A DNA stretch of 64,000 bases from Eledone cirrhosa (taxonomy: Eukaryota), in NCBI GenBank assembly GCA_964016885.1, contig OZ024740.1:371876001-371940000 (forward strand), read 5' to 3'. Below the pieces are notes generated by a model. That model was given only the letters and a program-made list of their open reading frames with translations, was not told the origin of the DNA and did no database searches. The position numbers were made by a program, and so were the translations under genes. Shown here piece after piece: positions 28,322 through 42,513 of the stretch. Every line of letters begins with the position of its first letter. Position 1 is the stretch's first letter.

Positions 28322-29482
28322 TTAAGATTTAGTTGAAGGTTTGAAGTGTGAGAATTTCGCTTTCAGCTTATGCTGGCAAAAAATTGACCTTTCAATTTTG
28401 TTGTTGAGTAGTTGGTGGCTTGAGCTTAGGATATGGAAGAGCTCATTATTACACAACGGGCACGTTTTCATCCCACTCCGGTATGGAGGAGCATGTGAGA
28501 GTTTGGTCCATTTAAGGGTGTATTGTCGGTTATTCCCTTTTAAGTGCCAAATTTAGTCGGCGAGAGTTGTTACGTAACGGTGTTGGTGGTGCTTTATTGC
28601 GTAACGATGCGTGTACCAACGAGTTTTGAAGGTGTTTGCAGTGCTGCCTATGTAGTGCCAGGTTTGGTTGCCCGACTCAACCGAGCACCTGTACACTAGG
28701 TTTGAATGGAAACATTCGTTATTCAATGGACAAGTCTCTGGAAGGTGGCAATTACAATTTCTGTTATGGGCAGTGGTGGAGTTATAGGTGGGCTGGGATA
28801 TGTGTGTGAGTGTGTTTTGTGCATACTGTTTGTTAGTGGGTGGTTGTGTATTAGGTGTATTATTGTGTTGAGTGATTGGGGTGTTGTTGTTACGGAGTTT
28901 TTTGGCGTTGAGCATTTTAATGTGTGCGTCTAGGTTTGGTGCAGTGGAATAAGATAGTCTAATTGTTTTGGTATTAAGTATACTACTATATTTATGTGAA
29001 TTTGGAAAGTGTTTTTTAATAATTTTGTAGAAGGTGGAAGGTAAGTTAGAGCTAATAGAAGAGTTAAAAATAGGATTATACCAAATGTAAGATCTACTCC
29101 GTGTTCTGTTTTGCTTTGATGTTGCTGTTGTACTTGTGGTGTGGTTAGTATTAGGGGGTCTAGGTGCGTGTGTGTGGGTGTTTGTGGGGCGTTTGGCGTG
29201 TCTATGGTTATGTGTTTTATGGTTGTGTCGGTCCATGTATTCAAGTTTGTCGGTGTGGCCAGCCCGTTCTAATGCAGTGTTGTAGTGTTCAGCGTGTTGA
29301 TCGAATATTTGTTGGTTAGATGAGAGGCGGGATATTCTAAGTGATATACTATGTGGCACGGACCTTATAATAGATAGTGGGTGGTTAGAGCTAGTGTGGA
29401 TGTAGGTGAGGTTCTCATTGTTTTTGTGAAAGGGTGTGATAATTTGGGTGTTGAGGTTGAAGGTGGCATCTAGGAAGTTAAC
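28322..29482 (-). pseudogene. PLE RT C-terminus / thumb + GIY-YIG endonuclease
   Basis: VNFLDATFNL, YIHTSSNHP, IWYNPIF, IRLSYS, CNCHLPETCPLNNEC, VYRCSV..YIGST..FKTRWYTH. One in-frame TAA at 28553-28555, then IWHLK..CPLC..LLN..CQHK to a stop at 28322. Confidence 0.9.
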
Positions 29483-29547
29483 TGATGAAACAATTGTTAA
29501 TACGTGGATTAAATTCTTTTGTAACTGTTTACCTTCGTCCTATTTCT

Positions 29548-29659
<112 letters not shown>

Positions 29660-30243
29660 CTTGATCATTAACATTTTCTCTTACAACTAATACAGGCCGA
29701 CTATATATGCTCACTCCATTTTTCCCTTCACTGCTCTGTATACACACATACACACCCTTATATTCACATACTTTTGCTCATAGCTTCGTACTTACATGCA
29801 CACACACACTCTTTTACTCACATATACACACGCATTTCTTCTTAGCTTCGTACGGACATATAATCAAAATATATGTTTTATTATATATATTTCGAAGGTA
29901 CTGTGCTGTTTTTTCAGTACGTCCTCGTCAGATAAAATACATGAATTGATATATATGACATACCTAAACGGTCTTGATGGTTCAATTTCACTATTGGCAG
30001 TGATTTATTACAACAAATCTCAACATTTATATACCACAAATAATAATATGATAAACTTAAATTTAATGAAGAAGAGGATGTGGAGCGAGATATAGGTATA
30101 AGGAGGGGGTGAGGAAATGCAAGAAGAAATAAATAAATACATACATACATAAATATTTAAATGCGTAAATATACGTGTTAGGGAAGAAAAAGGAAGAGAG
30201 AGAGATAGAAGAGAGAAGAAGAAAGGCGTAACTGCAAAAAGGA

Positions 30244-30287
<44 letters not shown>

Positions 30288-31053
30288 CAGAAAGAGAAAT
30301 GATGTGTGACCGTTGCTTTCAAATATTAAGTCAAATAGAACCGACTAATTAAATACCATGACATTTTTATATCTTTTGTATTTAGTTATGTTTAAGCTAA
30401 TTATACTAATATATTATATCAACATTAAACAATATAAAAATATTTTCTATAGTAATCAGAAGCATAGCTTAATTAATATATTTACTAAATATTTTGTTAC
30501 AATATTTAAAAACATTTGTATCTATAAAGCAAGTTTAAATACCTATTAAATATGTATAAGGATATTTACTACAACCTATGCATATATCAACATCAGTATA
30601 TGTATTTTATATAATGTTAAGAATTATAAAATCATTTCAATTCATTGGTTGTTATTTCATTACAGGATTAATAAGTAGTTATATTTACTCTTAAAAGTTT
30701 TATTATTTCGATTTTACTTCTGTAATTACATCCTATTATATATAGTTTCTCTTTAAGGATTTTTCGTATATTATTAAACTGTATAAATCATGTTAAATAT
30801 ACATTATCAATCCATTTGGACAGAGGAAAATTATTTACGAAGAATGTAAACAAAGGAGGATAATTCGTTCAACTTATGTGAACATTTATGATATTTAAGT
30901 GCTTTGAAAGCCAAAAGATATTTCAAACCGCAAATTCAGAAATTTCTAGTTACACAATGACCATTCTAAATCCAAACTTAGGATACTGAGTCTCATCATG
31001 AGATTAATTTACTACATAAAAACGATATACAATTTTTAAGGTAAGGCAAAACG

Positions 31054-31088
<35 letters not shown>

Positions 31089-31789
31089 TTTCAAGAATTA
31101 TTAATAGTCAATATCTTTTTCTTCATAGTCAGTATTTTTTTCGAAATTTGTATAATGCTTGAAAGGTTCTTCCATATGTAGACAAGTTCCGAATAATTCT
31201 TTTTTCTTATTAATTAAATTACAATAATTTGTAATTATTAATAGAGTTTCCAAATTTCAAAACGCCTTATTTAATAGGTTAGGAGTTATTGAGGAATAAT
31301 AACTCGCTATGTCCATTTGAATGAATTTATGATTTTTCTTATTTTCGATATTATTGAACCAATCTATGAGTTCACTAGTGCCCTTCCATAAGTTAAGGCT
31401 TGACCTCAATTTTAACGTTAGCAAAATCCTATCTATTATGTTTTTACTAATTATTCCAAAGTCAGATTTCGAAGGTGCAAAAAGGTAAGTCCTCTTCGAA
31501 ATTTCTTTTATGGTCTTTAAAATTTACGAAATACACACACATATTTCTTACTCTCTCTGTCCATCCCTCTTTCTCGCTTCATATATATATGGCGTTGTTA
31601 TTTGGCGTTGTTGAAAAGAGCAGTGGCCTTTGACCTGGCAATAAAAACTGGAGACAAAATTCTTTCTGTACCAAAGCCAAGGCACACACACACACAAGTT
31701 TGTGTGTGTGTATGTATATATATATATATATGTATGTGTGTATGTGTGTGTGTGTGTGTATATCTGTCTATGTATATATATAAAGTCTA

Positions 31790-32070
31790 AAGTCTAAAGT
31801 CTGTCTTAAGCCAGAAGGCTCATTTGGTCGGTGCTTATCCCGGTTTCATGGCGTGAAGCGACTGAGAGTACAAGACTCTCCCTGGACAGGACGCCAGTCC
31901 ATCGCAGGGTTAAACCTCCAGCTATTGCTGGTACTCATTTTCAGCTGAGTATACTGGAGCAACGTGAAATGAAGTGTTTTGCTCAAGAACACAACACGCA
32001 ATCCAGGAATCGAGCCCACGACATTATGATCGTAAGTCCAACACCCTTACCACTAGGCCACGTGCCTCCA
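31790..32070 (-). mobile_element. tRNA-derived SINE family 2
   Basis: Minus-strand head GGAGGCACGTGGCCTAGTGGTAAGGGTG (box A) and GGCTCGATTCC (box B), CORE-like GTGTTCTTGAGCAAAACACTT, and an (AGACTTT)n tail. Confidence 0.85.
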
Positions 32071-32589
32071 CATATATATATATAAGGGATACAAATATTG
32101 CTTTCTCACTGTCACCAAGCTTCTCAATTCATTCGTTGCTACTAAGTATTTTATTTTGCTGCGAGGTATTTTATTTTGCAAGGTACTATTTTTCCCCTGA
32201 GTTTGTGATTTCAGAGAAAGCTAAGAAATTCGTCATATTTTGCATCTTTTTGTGTTTTGACTTTATAGTTTGAATTGTAGAATTGTTTATCCAATCAAAA
32301 TATTACAACAGCTAACAGTGAAATATAGAATTTAAAAAAAACAGCTTTTTCGATTGAGATTAAGTCTTTGAGAACATTCACGTCTATTTTTCAAAAACAT
32401 ATAATCTGAAATAATTTGCTTTTGATTTGGACTGAAACTTTTTTGTATTTAATTGGTACGAGTATTTTTTAAAGATCTTTTTACAGATTCTAATATAAGT
32501 TGATTTGGCCCAGTAATCTACTGATATCAAAATCAGTAGTATATTGAAAAATGGAAAAATAGAGTAGGGGTGAAATAGAAATGGGTTGA

Positions 32590-33130
32590 GAACCTTTGCG
32601 TTAGATGGCTTCAACGATGAAATCCAGAACACCAAAGGCACTTAAGATCCTGAAAATAGCATTCCTGTCGATGGAATCAAATGCTTTAAGAAAGTCGATG
32701 AAGACAAGCACAGTTTGTTTTTATTTGCAATTTCGAATTTTCTCAAGTGACCTTCGAAGGGATAAGATATGCGAAGGTGTTGAAATGCTCTGATGGTAGC
32801 CATTTTGATCTGGTCGGAGATGAGGGTCAATGACAGAGAACAAACGATTCAATAAACGATGACGAGAATTTTGCAGCAACCTTAGGAGCGAGAGATACCT
32901 CGGTAGTTATCAGAATTAGTGAGGTTGTCCTTTTTAGGAATGGGAATGATGCCAGATATTGTGGCGATCTCTTTCCATGCAGAATGATTTATGCTTGATA
33001 AAATGAACAAATAGATAGGCAGACACATAGATCGGAGGGAGAGAAGTAGGATTTTTGTCAAGCACACATCATGTAAGCAGAAGTACTTAATTTTTGTGAC
33101 ACGAGCCGGTAATTAGATGTAGTCCCTTCC
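32590..33130 (-). mobile_element. RTE-like RT fragment
   Basis: IIPIPKKDNLTNSDNYRGIS and FIDFLKAFDSIDR on the minus strand. Confidence 0.8.
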
Positions 33131-33349
33131 CTTTTATATTGTGTGAAACTAAATTTCGATACGAGGGCTGATGACGCACATGATGTTTGAGTAATTTTGT
33201 CTCATAAATTTTCATTTTTTATCTTCTTCCACGACCATCACACATCTAGCCGTTTATTCCTGTTCTTTGAGGTAATATTTTACCCAACGCCGTCATTGAC
33301 GGCATTTTATTGTTTTGGCAGCTATCCTTGCGCTGAGTTACTCATTATT

Positions 33350-33429
<80 letters not shown>

Positions 33430-33947
33430 CATATATACATACATATATATATTATTTATGTATTTATTTATTTATTTATTATATATATATATATATTATT
33501 TATATATATATATGTGTGTGTGTGTGTATATATACATACATACATCCTTGGTATTTTAACGTGTAGCATCGTTTACATGACACAAACCAGTAAGTACACA
33601 AATGCACACACGCATATATAAATATATATTTAAGTAGATACGAAAAAGAATAATGTTAATGTGTTTTCAAATTCATTTAAATTTCTTTGGAAAACTGAAT
33701 GAGACATGCGAAAGTTTCGTGTATGCTCTTATATCAGCAAGAATCAATTCACTTCCGAAAAGTAGATTTCTGCATGCATTTCCAATTAGGAGCATAAATT
33801 TAAATTATTAAGATACACAAGGAAGGAAAAATAATCATACATTCATTTGTGGATTCATCGTTTCTTCAATACATTCATCTATCCATCATTTAATACATTC
33901 ATATAAAATGAGATCTACGTACACACAAACAGACGCACACACAGACA

Positions 33948-33950
<3 letters not shown>

Positions 33951-34044
<94 letters not shown>
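33951..34044. repeat. (GA)n microsatellite
   Basis: Direct reading. Confidence 0.99.
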
Positions 34045-34045
<1 letters not shown>

Positions 34046-34073
34046 AACTAAAGTTTTGTAGGGCGTGTTTGCA

Positions 34074-34203
34074 TGTAATTATTAAGGCCAGTTACTACCT
34101 GGTCGTTTTTATCGGCACAGGTTGAACATGTTCTTCCCCAGAGCCAACGAAATGTACGTACCTTGTATGGTGGCGTTGTAGTAACTGGCCTTAATAATTA
34201 TAC
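34074..34203. repeat. 25-bp inverted repeat between microsatellites
   Basis: TAATTATTAAGGCCAGTTACTAC / GTAGTAACTGGCCTTAATAATTA. Confidence 0.85.
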
Positions 34204-34219
34204 ATACATATATTATATA

Positions 34220-34311
<92 letters not shown>

Positions 34312-34317
<6 letters not shown>

Positions 34318-34536
34318 CAAAATAAGCTGTTGAAATTACATAAATCGTTTAATCATTATAATTATTTCCACGGTTCTCCATGCAATCGAGAAGTTCTTCA
34401 TGCATTTGTTATAAGAAAAGTATCCTCAGAGGAAATCCGCTGGGCACACAAGCATCTCGATTGCATGGAGTACCGTGGATATAATTATAATGATTAAACG
34501 ATTTATGTAACCTCACCATGTTATTTTGTTATTTTT
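34312..34536. repeat. ~80-bp inverted repeat adjoining (TA)n, possible degenerate HHR
   Basis: 34312-34392 is inverted relative to 34452-34536. The minus strand has CTGAGGA...GAAAT-AATT-ATA, but stem I is poor. Confidence 0.75.
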
Positions 34537-34681
34537 GTAAAAATCTCCATCGTAACTAAAAACTGCGATTGTTGAGAGCTTTCTCCTGCTTGCTCCTGGT
34601 TTTACCAAAACAATCTCTTTGGAACACATATACATATATATATATATGTTCCGAAGAACACACACACACACACACACACAC

Positions 34682-34786
<105 letters not shown>

Positions 34787-35064
34787 CGCGTGCGTATGTG
34801 TATGTGCGTTTGCGTGTGTTTTCATCTTCTATCTGCCCATATTTACACATATATGAAATATATATATGTAAAAAATATCGATTCGTTGAGTAGGTTCGGA
34901 ATCCTTAGAAAATGTAGAAATCCCAAACGCAGAAAATAAGTATAATCACAGTGGATTGCTATAAATATTAGTTTAAATGATCTGGAAAATATCACTATAG
35001 ACAGAAAAATGTGGCCAGCAATCGGTACGAAGATGCGACTAGAGCATTTTACCTTATTCATAAT

Positions 35065-36960
35065 ACTTATTCATACATACTCATTAATACAAAGATGAAA
35101 AATTTGAACAGGAACAAAACAGAGAGGCAGTACAACGAATGTTTATTAATTTCACGCTCTGGAGAGTGGGGTGGTGGTGGGGAACGACGTTTCGGGCATA
35201 AGCCCTTCCCCAGGTGAGAAGTGTGTGGGAACAGAGTTCAAAGGGTGTGTAGGGGAGTGGTGGAGAGACATATAGCGAAAGGAAACGGTGCGAATGAAAT
35301 TAAAGATAAAAATAAAAATAAAAATAAAGCATGATCAAAATAAAAGGAATGACATAAAAATAAATATAAAAGCATGATCAAAATAAACTGAAATTAAAAA
35401 GGGGTACAACAGGTGGTGGAAGGGTGTGGGGTGTGTAGGGGTGGTGGCCGGTGGAGTGGGGAGAGGGAGACGGGGTGTCCGAGCGGGGAGGGCTGAAGGT
35501 GGTGTGTGTGTGTAGGTGTACGTGTGTGTGTGTGTGTGTGTGTATGTGAAAGTAAGGGTTGGGGGAAGAACGGGGTTGTATGTTCAGGAAGAGGTGTGTG
35601 TGTGTGGGGGGGGGTTGTAGGTCGGAGTGTCTGTGCGTTGTGGATAGAGGGGTAGGGGGGAGGAATCAGGAGGCTGAGGGTGTAAATATGTGGTGGAAAG
35701 CACGTGTGTGTGGGGTTTAAGCGTGTTTGGGTGTAGGTGGCGTGTGGGAGAAAAACATTTTTTGGGGGTTGTGTGTGGGTGAGTTATATAGGTGATTCCG
35801 TAAGAGGATGGTTGAAATGTTGGTAAATTCCTATGATGTTTAGTAGATTCCCTGGTGGTCAAGTTCCACATACGAGTATTCCATGAAGAGATGGTCGGAA
35901 GAGGAGAGATGTGGGGTGCGCGCGCAACAGGAAGTGGTCAAGCGGTAGGAGTGCTGTGTGTCTGTTTGTGCTGGGAGGTGGTCAGAGGGCATAGCAGCAG
36001 TCGGGTGGAATGGTAAAGGGGCGAGGATGGGTAGGTGTGAAAGTGGGAGTGAGGAGGGTGTGTGTGTGTATTAGTATAGGTGTTAGTGGGATGAGTGAGT
36101 GTGGAGCGAGGGTGTGGGTGGAGCGGGGAGAGAAGGGTGTGTGTAGTTCTATGGAGGGAGTGTGGTGTACTGGTGTGTGTGTAGTTTGATGAAGAGGGTG
36201 TTAGTGGGTGTTAGTATACGGGAGGTGGGGAAAGGGTTGAATGTAGGTGTGAGTGGGGGTTAGTGGTGGTAGGGTGTGTAGAGTTGGTGGTGTACGAGGG
36301 TGTGTGGGTACGTGTGCGTGGGGTTGTGGGGTGTTAGTGATGTTAGTTGCGTGTGGGGTGGGTGGTGTAAGTGGGTGCGTGTGTTCGTGTGCTTGGGGTC
36401 AGGGGGTGTTAGTGAGGTTAGTTGCGGTGTGGTGGGATGGAGGTGTGGGGGTGAGGGTTAGTGGTGGTAGTAGGGTGTGTGTTTAGTGTGAGCGCGTGTA
36501 TATATGTGCCGGTGGGTGTGTGCGTGTGATAATGAGGGGGGGGGGGGCAGAAGAAGGGAGGGATGTTAGTATGTTAGTTGGGGAAGGGTGGTCGGATGAG
36601 GGGTGGAGTGGAGGTGTTAGTATTGTTAGTTGTGGGGTGGGCGGTGAAAAGGAGAGGTGTGTTAGTGGTGTTAGTGGGGGATAAGTGTGGGGGGGAGGGG
36701 GGCGGTCGAAGGCTAAAGGAATAAGGGTAGGGAGTTCAGGCCGGGGGGAGTGTGGGTCTGTAAGATGAGGATAGTTCTTTGTTCGACTCTAAGGCGATTG
36801 GCGGGTGTTCCTTGGCATTGGAGTAGGCCACAGACTGTGAGATGGCGTGCGGAATGTCCAGGGCCACCAAAGTGGCGGGCGATGGGGGAACTACCACCGA
36901 GACGAATATCCCGGAGGTGCTCAGTGAATCGGTCCGCCAGGCGACGTCCCGTCTGTCCGA
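35065..36960 (-). mobile_element. Degenerate, CA-rich Penelope-like element with HHR-like pLTR
   Basis: Minus strand 35183-35216: CAC-CTGGGGA-a-GGGC-ttat-GCCC-GAAAC-GTC, followed by AATAAA. LPVAR and RES..LPTFQP..GI relics resemble a GIY-YIG tail. Confidence 0.5.
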
Positions 36961-37015
36961 CAGACTATATATACGTACACACATATACACACGCAGATAT
37001 AGACACAGACACGTG

Positions 37016-37047
<32 letters not shown>

Positions 37048-37048
37048 G

Positions 37049-37111
<63 letters not shown>

Positions 37112-37113
<2 letters not shown>

Positions 37114-37717
37114 TGGCTGCCAACTCGTTTTCGAGTACGGCCACTACTTTATATCCATGTAGGAGAACCCCTACCGATGCGCTAAACAAGTGTGACTTTT
37201 TAGCCCAGCCAGCGACTTGAAAACTCCGGTACAAACACTACACTTGTGACAATTATTGACACAGTGCTGGGCCCATGGTACCATGTGACGACAAGTGCAG
37301 AGAGATCTCCAGATATAAAGCAATGCCTGTGCCGTGAAGCTTTTATAGTGAGTAAAGGCACTGCACAAAGCCAGTCCCACTCTGTTAACCAAGATGATAT
37401 TTACCAAAAAGAAGAACAAGTCAACATCATTGGATACCATCAGAGTTGCAGGTGTTATATCAGAGTTTTCCTTCTCCTAGAATTCTGCCTTGACAAAGGC
37501 TAAGGGGTCATCTCTCCCGGTGATTTTGGATGGCCATTGACTCTTAAGAGCTCCTTTGCCCTTTGACAGGTTTTGTTTTTAGTCCCGCAGGATGTCCAAA
37601 GTCACCCTCCTCACCAAGAAACCTTGGTGGGATTGCCAGTTTAGTCGCCAACGACCCGACCATGAGACAGGTTGTACTGGGATACATGTTACCAGTAGCA
37701 CCAACTGGTGACCTGAC
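37112..37717 (-). mobile_element. 608-bp non-autonomous retroelement (copy 2) in (TA)n
   Basis: Near-identical to 13209-13816, with the same termini. Confidence 0.85.
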
Positions 37718-37752
<35 letters not shown>

Positions 37753-37764
37753 TATATATATATT

Positions 37765-37796
<32 letters not shown>

Positions 37797-37939
37797 CATA
37801 CACGTGTCTGTGTCTATATCTGCGTGTGTATATGTGTGTACGTATATATAGTCTGTTTTTGTACTTGAGTTGTCAGATTCTTGATGTGAATACGTGTGTT
37901 GAAACTCGAAACTACAGATATTGTTATTATAATCTAATT

Positions 37940-38156
37940 AGGCCGTGGATTGGCAGTATCGGTAGAGGGTCGGACGCCATGCTTTGCAGCATAGAGTTAT
38001 GGCCCTTTATGATCTGAGTTCAAATCCCCCCAAGGTTAACTTTGCCTTTCATCCTTACGGCGTCGATAAAATAAAGTACCAGTCACGTACTGGGGTCGAT
38101 TTAATCGACTTTTCCCTCCCCCAAATTACTGGCCTTGTGCCTATACTAGAAATCGT
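37940..38156 (+). mobile_element. SINE family 1 (long subtype) with TSD
   Basis: Box A, box B and core present. TATAATCTAAT on both flanks. Confidence 0.9.
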
Positions 38157-38444
38157 TATATAATCTAATGTCTTAAAAAGGAAGAACACATTGGGCAATG
38201 CAATGAAGGATATATAAATAGGAAGGTTGTTTATAGCTGGAATCTCATTGGCCCTGGGTCTGACCTGGAGCTAGACAAAACCAAGTACAACAATAACAAC
38301 ACCAAAAACAATCAAACATCGACACTAACCATGACTGAATTAATCTGGATTTCATGTTATATTTGTAACTTTGCGAATATTTGAATTTTAATGTTTCGAT
38401 ATTTGGCTGGGCAGACAGAGTGAACATATATATTTAGCTTTTGA

Positions 38445-40993
38445 TAATCATCATCATCATCATCATCTTCATCGTCGCCAACCGCATTATCATCACCATT
38501 GTCACCACCATCCGTCATCCTATGACCACTCTCAACCTACTCCACCTCATTCTCATATTCATCATCAACTCCTCCTCCTCCTTTACCACCACCACCACCA
38601 CCACCACCACCACCAACACCACCATCACCATCATCACCACCACCTCCTCCTCCCCCACCACCAGTACCAACACCACCATCACCATCATCACCACCACCTC
38701 CTCCTCCACCACCACCAGTACCAACACCACCATCACCATCATCACTACCACCCCCTCCTCCACCACCACCACCAGTACCAACACCACCATCACCATCATC
38801 ACCACCTCCTCCTACTCCACCACCACCAGCACAAACGCCACCATCACCATCATCACCACCACCTCCTCCTCCACCACCACCATCACCATCATCACTACCA
38901 CCACGTCGTTATTGTAAACTATATTTTTAATGCTGTTTTATTGTCTCCTGTCATTTCTGAGAAATTTTGTTTACTTGAGACTTTCAGATTGTTGACAAGT
39001 GCATAACTTGATTACTTCTGCTTTGAACAGGAGCTTTGATCTTTTGGAGTAATGTTAAAGAACGTTTGATAAATGATGATAGAGATGGTGGTATTGCTGA
39101 CGACGAAAGCAATGATGTTGCTGCTCTTGATAATGTTGAGTGTATTGAGGATTTTGATGGTGGTGTCGATGGCGTCTGTTTATGATGATGATAAAGATTC
39201 TAATGATGATTGAGATGATGATGATAAAGATTCTAATGATGATTGTGATGATGATAATAAAGATTCTGATGATGATTGTGATGATGATAATAAAGATTCT
39301 AATGATGATTCTGATGATGATAATAAAGATTCTGATGATGATTGTGATGATAATGATAAAGATTCTAATGATGATTGTGATGATGATGATAAAGATTCTG
39401 ATGATGATTGTGATGATAAAGATTCTGATGATAAAGACTCTGATGATGATGATGATTATGATGAGGATGGTGATAGTGATGATGAAGAAGAAAAGGATGA
39501 TGATGTTGATGATAATGAAATGTGTGACAGTGAGAATGATAATGGCGATTATATTGATGCTGTTGATGGGATGAAGATGATGGAGATGATGATGGTTATA
39601 AGGATTATTATGATGATGTTGACCATGATGAAACGGATAATTATGATGTTGATAGTGAGGATGATGATTATAGCGATTATAATGATGTTGATGATGATAA
39701 TGAAGACACTGTTGGTGATGATTTGAGGAAGATGATGGTGGTGATGATGTTTTGATCTTCGGAGTTTTAATGACTGCGGTTGTATCAGCAAAGTATACAG
39801 AACATTAGATTGAAGCTAGCGAATACAGCCATAGCTAGTTCGATGATTTGCTAGTAATAACAGCCACATCTCCCTCAAATTACATACTGTATTAAAAAGA
39901 AAACACGCGTTAGATAATTGTTTCTACTTTTGGCACAAGGCCAGCAATTACCCCAGTGCATTACTGCTACGTTATTTTATCGACCGTGTAAGGATGAAAG
40001 GCAAAGTTAACCTCGATGGGATTTGAACTCAGACCGTAAAGGGACGTAACTATGCTGGAAAGCATAGCGTCCAACCGTCTATGCCAATCCACCGCCCTTA
40101 GATAATGTAGGCCAATGACCACTAAAACAATCTGTTGGTCACTGCTGGAATGATTTTGTTCGTAGCTCTGTCCAATCAGGTGCTGGGATTGGGCTAGACA
40201 ACAGTAGCAACAACGACAACAACAATAAAAACAGCAACAGCAAGTAACAGCAGCACCACCATCATAATACCAACAGCAGCATCAGCAGCAACAACAAGAC
40301 AGCAGCAGCACCATCATAATACCAACAGCAGCATCAGCAGCAACAACAAGACAGCAGCACCATCATAATACCAACAGCAGCAGCAGCAACAACAATAACA
40401 AGACAACAGCACCACCACCATAATACCAACAGCAGCAGCAGCAGCAGAAACAGTAGCAAGACAACAGCAGCACCGCCGCCATAATAACAAGAACAACAGC
40501 AGCAACAAAAACAGCAAGATAACAGCAGCAGCAGCAACAGTAGCAAGACAAGAGCAGCACCGCCATCATAATACCAACAACAGCACGGCAACAACAACAA
40601 GTCAACAGCAGCAGCAGCAGCAGCAGCAGCATCAAGAAGACGTCAACAGTAGCAGCAGCAACAACAACAACAAGAACTCAACAGCAGCAGCAGCACAGCA
40701 GCAGCAACAACAGCAACAACAATACGTCAACAGCAGCAGCACAGCAGCAGCAACAACAACAAGTCAATGGCAGAAGCAGCAACAAGTAAACAGCAGCAGC
40801 AGCAGCAACAAGAAAATCTCAACAGCAGCAGCAGCAACAAGAAGGCGTCTACAGCAGCAGCAGCAGCAACATCAGCAGCAAGAAGACCTCAACAGCAGCA
40901 GCAGCAACAAGAAGGCGTCTACAGCAGCAGCAGCAGCAGCAGCAAGAAGACCTCAACAGAAGCAGCAGCAACAAGAAGGCGTCTACAGCAGCA

Positions 40994-41030
<37 letters not shown>

Positions 41031-41145
41031 CAGCAAGAAGACCTCAACAGAAGCAGCAGCAACAAGAAGGCGTCTACAGCAGCAGCAGCAGCAGCAACAG
41101 CAGCAAGAAGACCTCAACAACAGCAGCAGCAACAAGAAGGCGTCT

Positions 41146-41185
<40 letters not shown>

Positions 41186-42481
41186 GAAGACCTCAACAGC
41201 AGCAGCAACACCACCAACACCCAGTAACACAGGATTAACATTACAACAGAATAGAACAAATGACAGCAATGACAGCCGCAGTGAAAAAGTAAAAGAATTT
41301 CAACGAAACAGAGATATGATTAGTCACTATGTTGGGAATGATATGATGACGATGGTGATGATGATGGTGATGATGATGGTGATGGTAATGGTGATGGTGA
41401 TGGTGATGGTGATGATGACGATGGTGATCGTGATGGTCATGATGATGATAATGTTGATGGTGATGATGACGATGGTGATGGTGATGGTGATGATGATGGT
41501 GATGGTGATGGTGATGATGACGATGGTGATGGTGATGGTGATGATGATAATGATGGTGATGGTGATGATGATGGTGATGATGATGGTGATGGTAATGGTG
41601 ATGGTGATGGTGATGGTGATGATGACGATGGTGATGGTGATGGTCATGATGATGATAATGGTGATGGTGATGATGACGATGGTGATGGTGATGGTGATGA
41701 TGATGGTGATGGTGATGGTGATGATGACGATGGTGATGGTGATGGTGATGGTGTTAATGATGGTGATGGTGATGATGATGATGGTGGTGATGATGGTAAT
41801 GATGATGGTGATGGTGATGATGATGGTGATGGTGATGATGACGATGGTGATGGTGATGATGATGGTGATGGTGATGATGACGATGGTGATGATGATGGTG
41901 ATGGTGATGATGATGGTGATGGTGATGATGACGATGGTGATGATGATGGTGATGATGATGGTGATGGTAATGGTGATGGTGATGGTGATGGTGATGATGA
42001 CGATGGTGATGGTGATGGTCATGATGATGATAATGGTGATGGTGATGATGACGATGGTGATGGTGATGGTGATGATGATGGTGATGGTGATGGTGATGAT
42101 GACGATGGTGATGGTGATGGTGATGGTGATAATGATGGTGATGGTGATGATGATGATGGTGGTGATGATGGTGATGATGATGGTGATGGTGATGATGATG
42201 GTGATGATGACGATGGTGATGATGATGGTGATGGTGATGATGATGGTGATGGTGATGATGACGATGGTGATGGTGATGGTGATGATGATGGTGATGGTGA
42301 TGACGACGATGGTGATGTGATGGTGATGGTGATGGTGATGGTGATGGTGATGATGATGGTGATGGTGATGGTGATGATGATGGTGATGATGATGATGGTG
42401 ATGATGATGGTGATGGTGATGATGATGGTGATGGTGATGATGACGATGGTGATGGTGATGGTGATGATGATGGTGATGGTG

Positions 42482-42513
<32 letters not shown>

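Noticed and set aside
28553-28555. Selenocysteine readthrough in the Naiad-like ORF
   Set aside because: The in-frame stop is TAA at a non-cysteine position, consistent with a point mutation.
30650-31490. Possible host exons (acceptor-like sites ~30664 and ~30757; GTAAG donors at 31041 and ~31485)
   Set aside because: All three frames I read from the ~30757 acceptor hit stops, and no recognisable protein was found. Needs RNA-seq.
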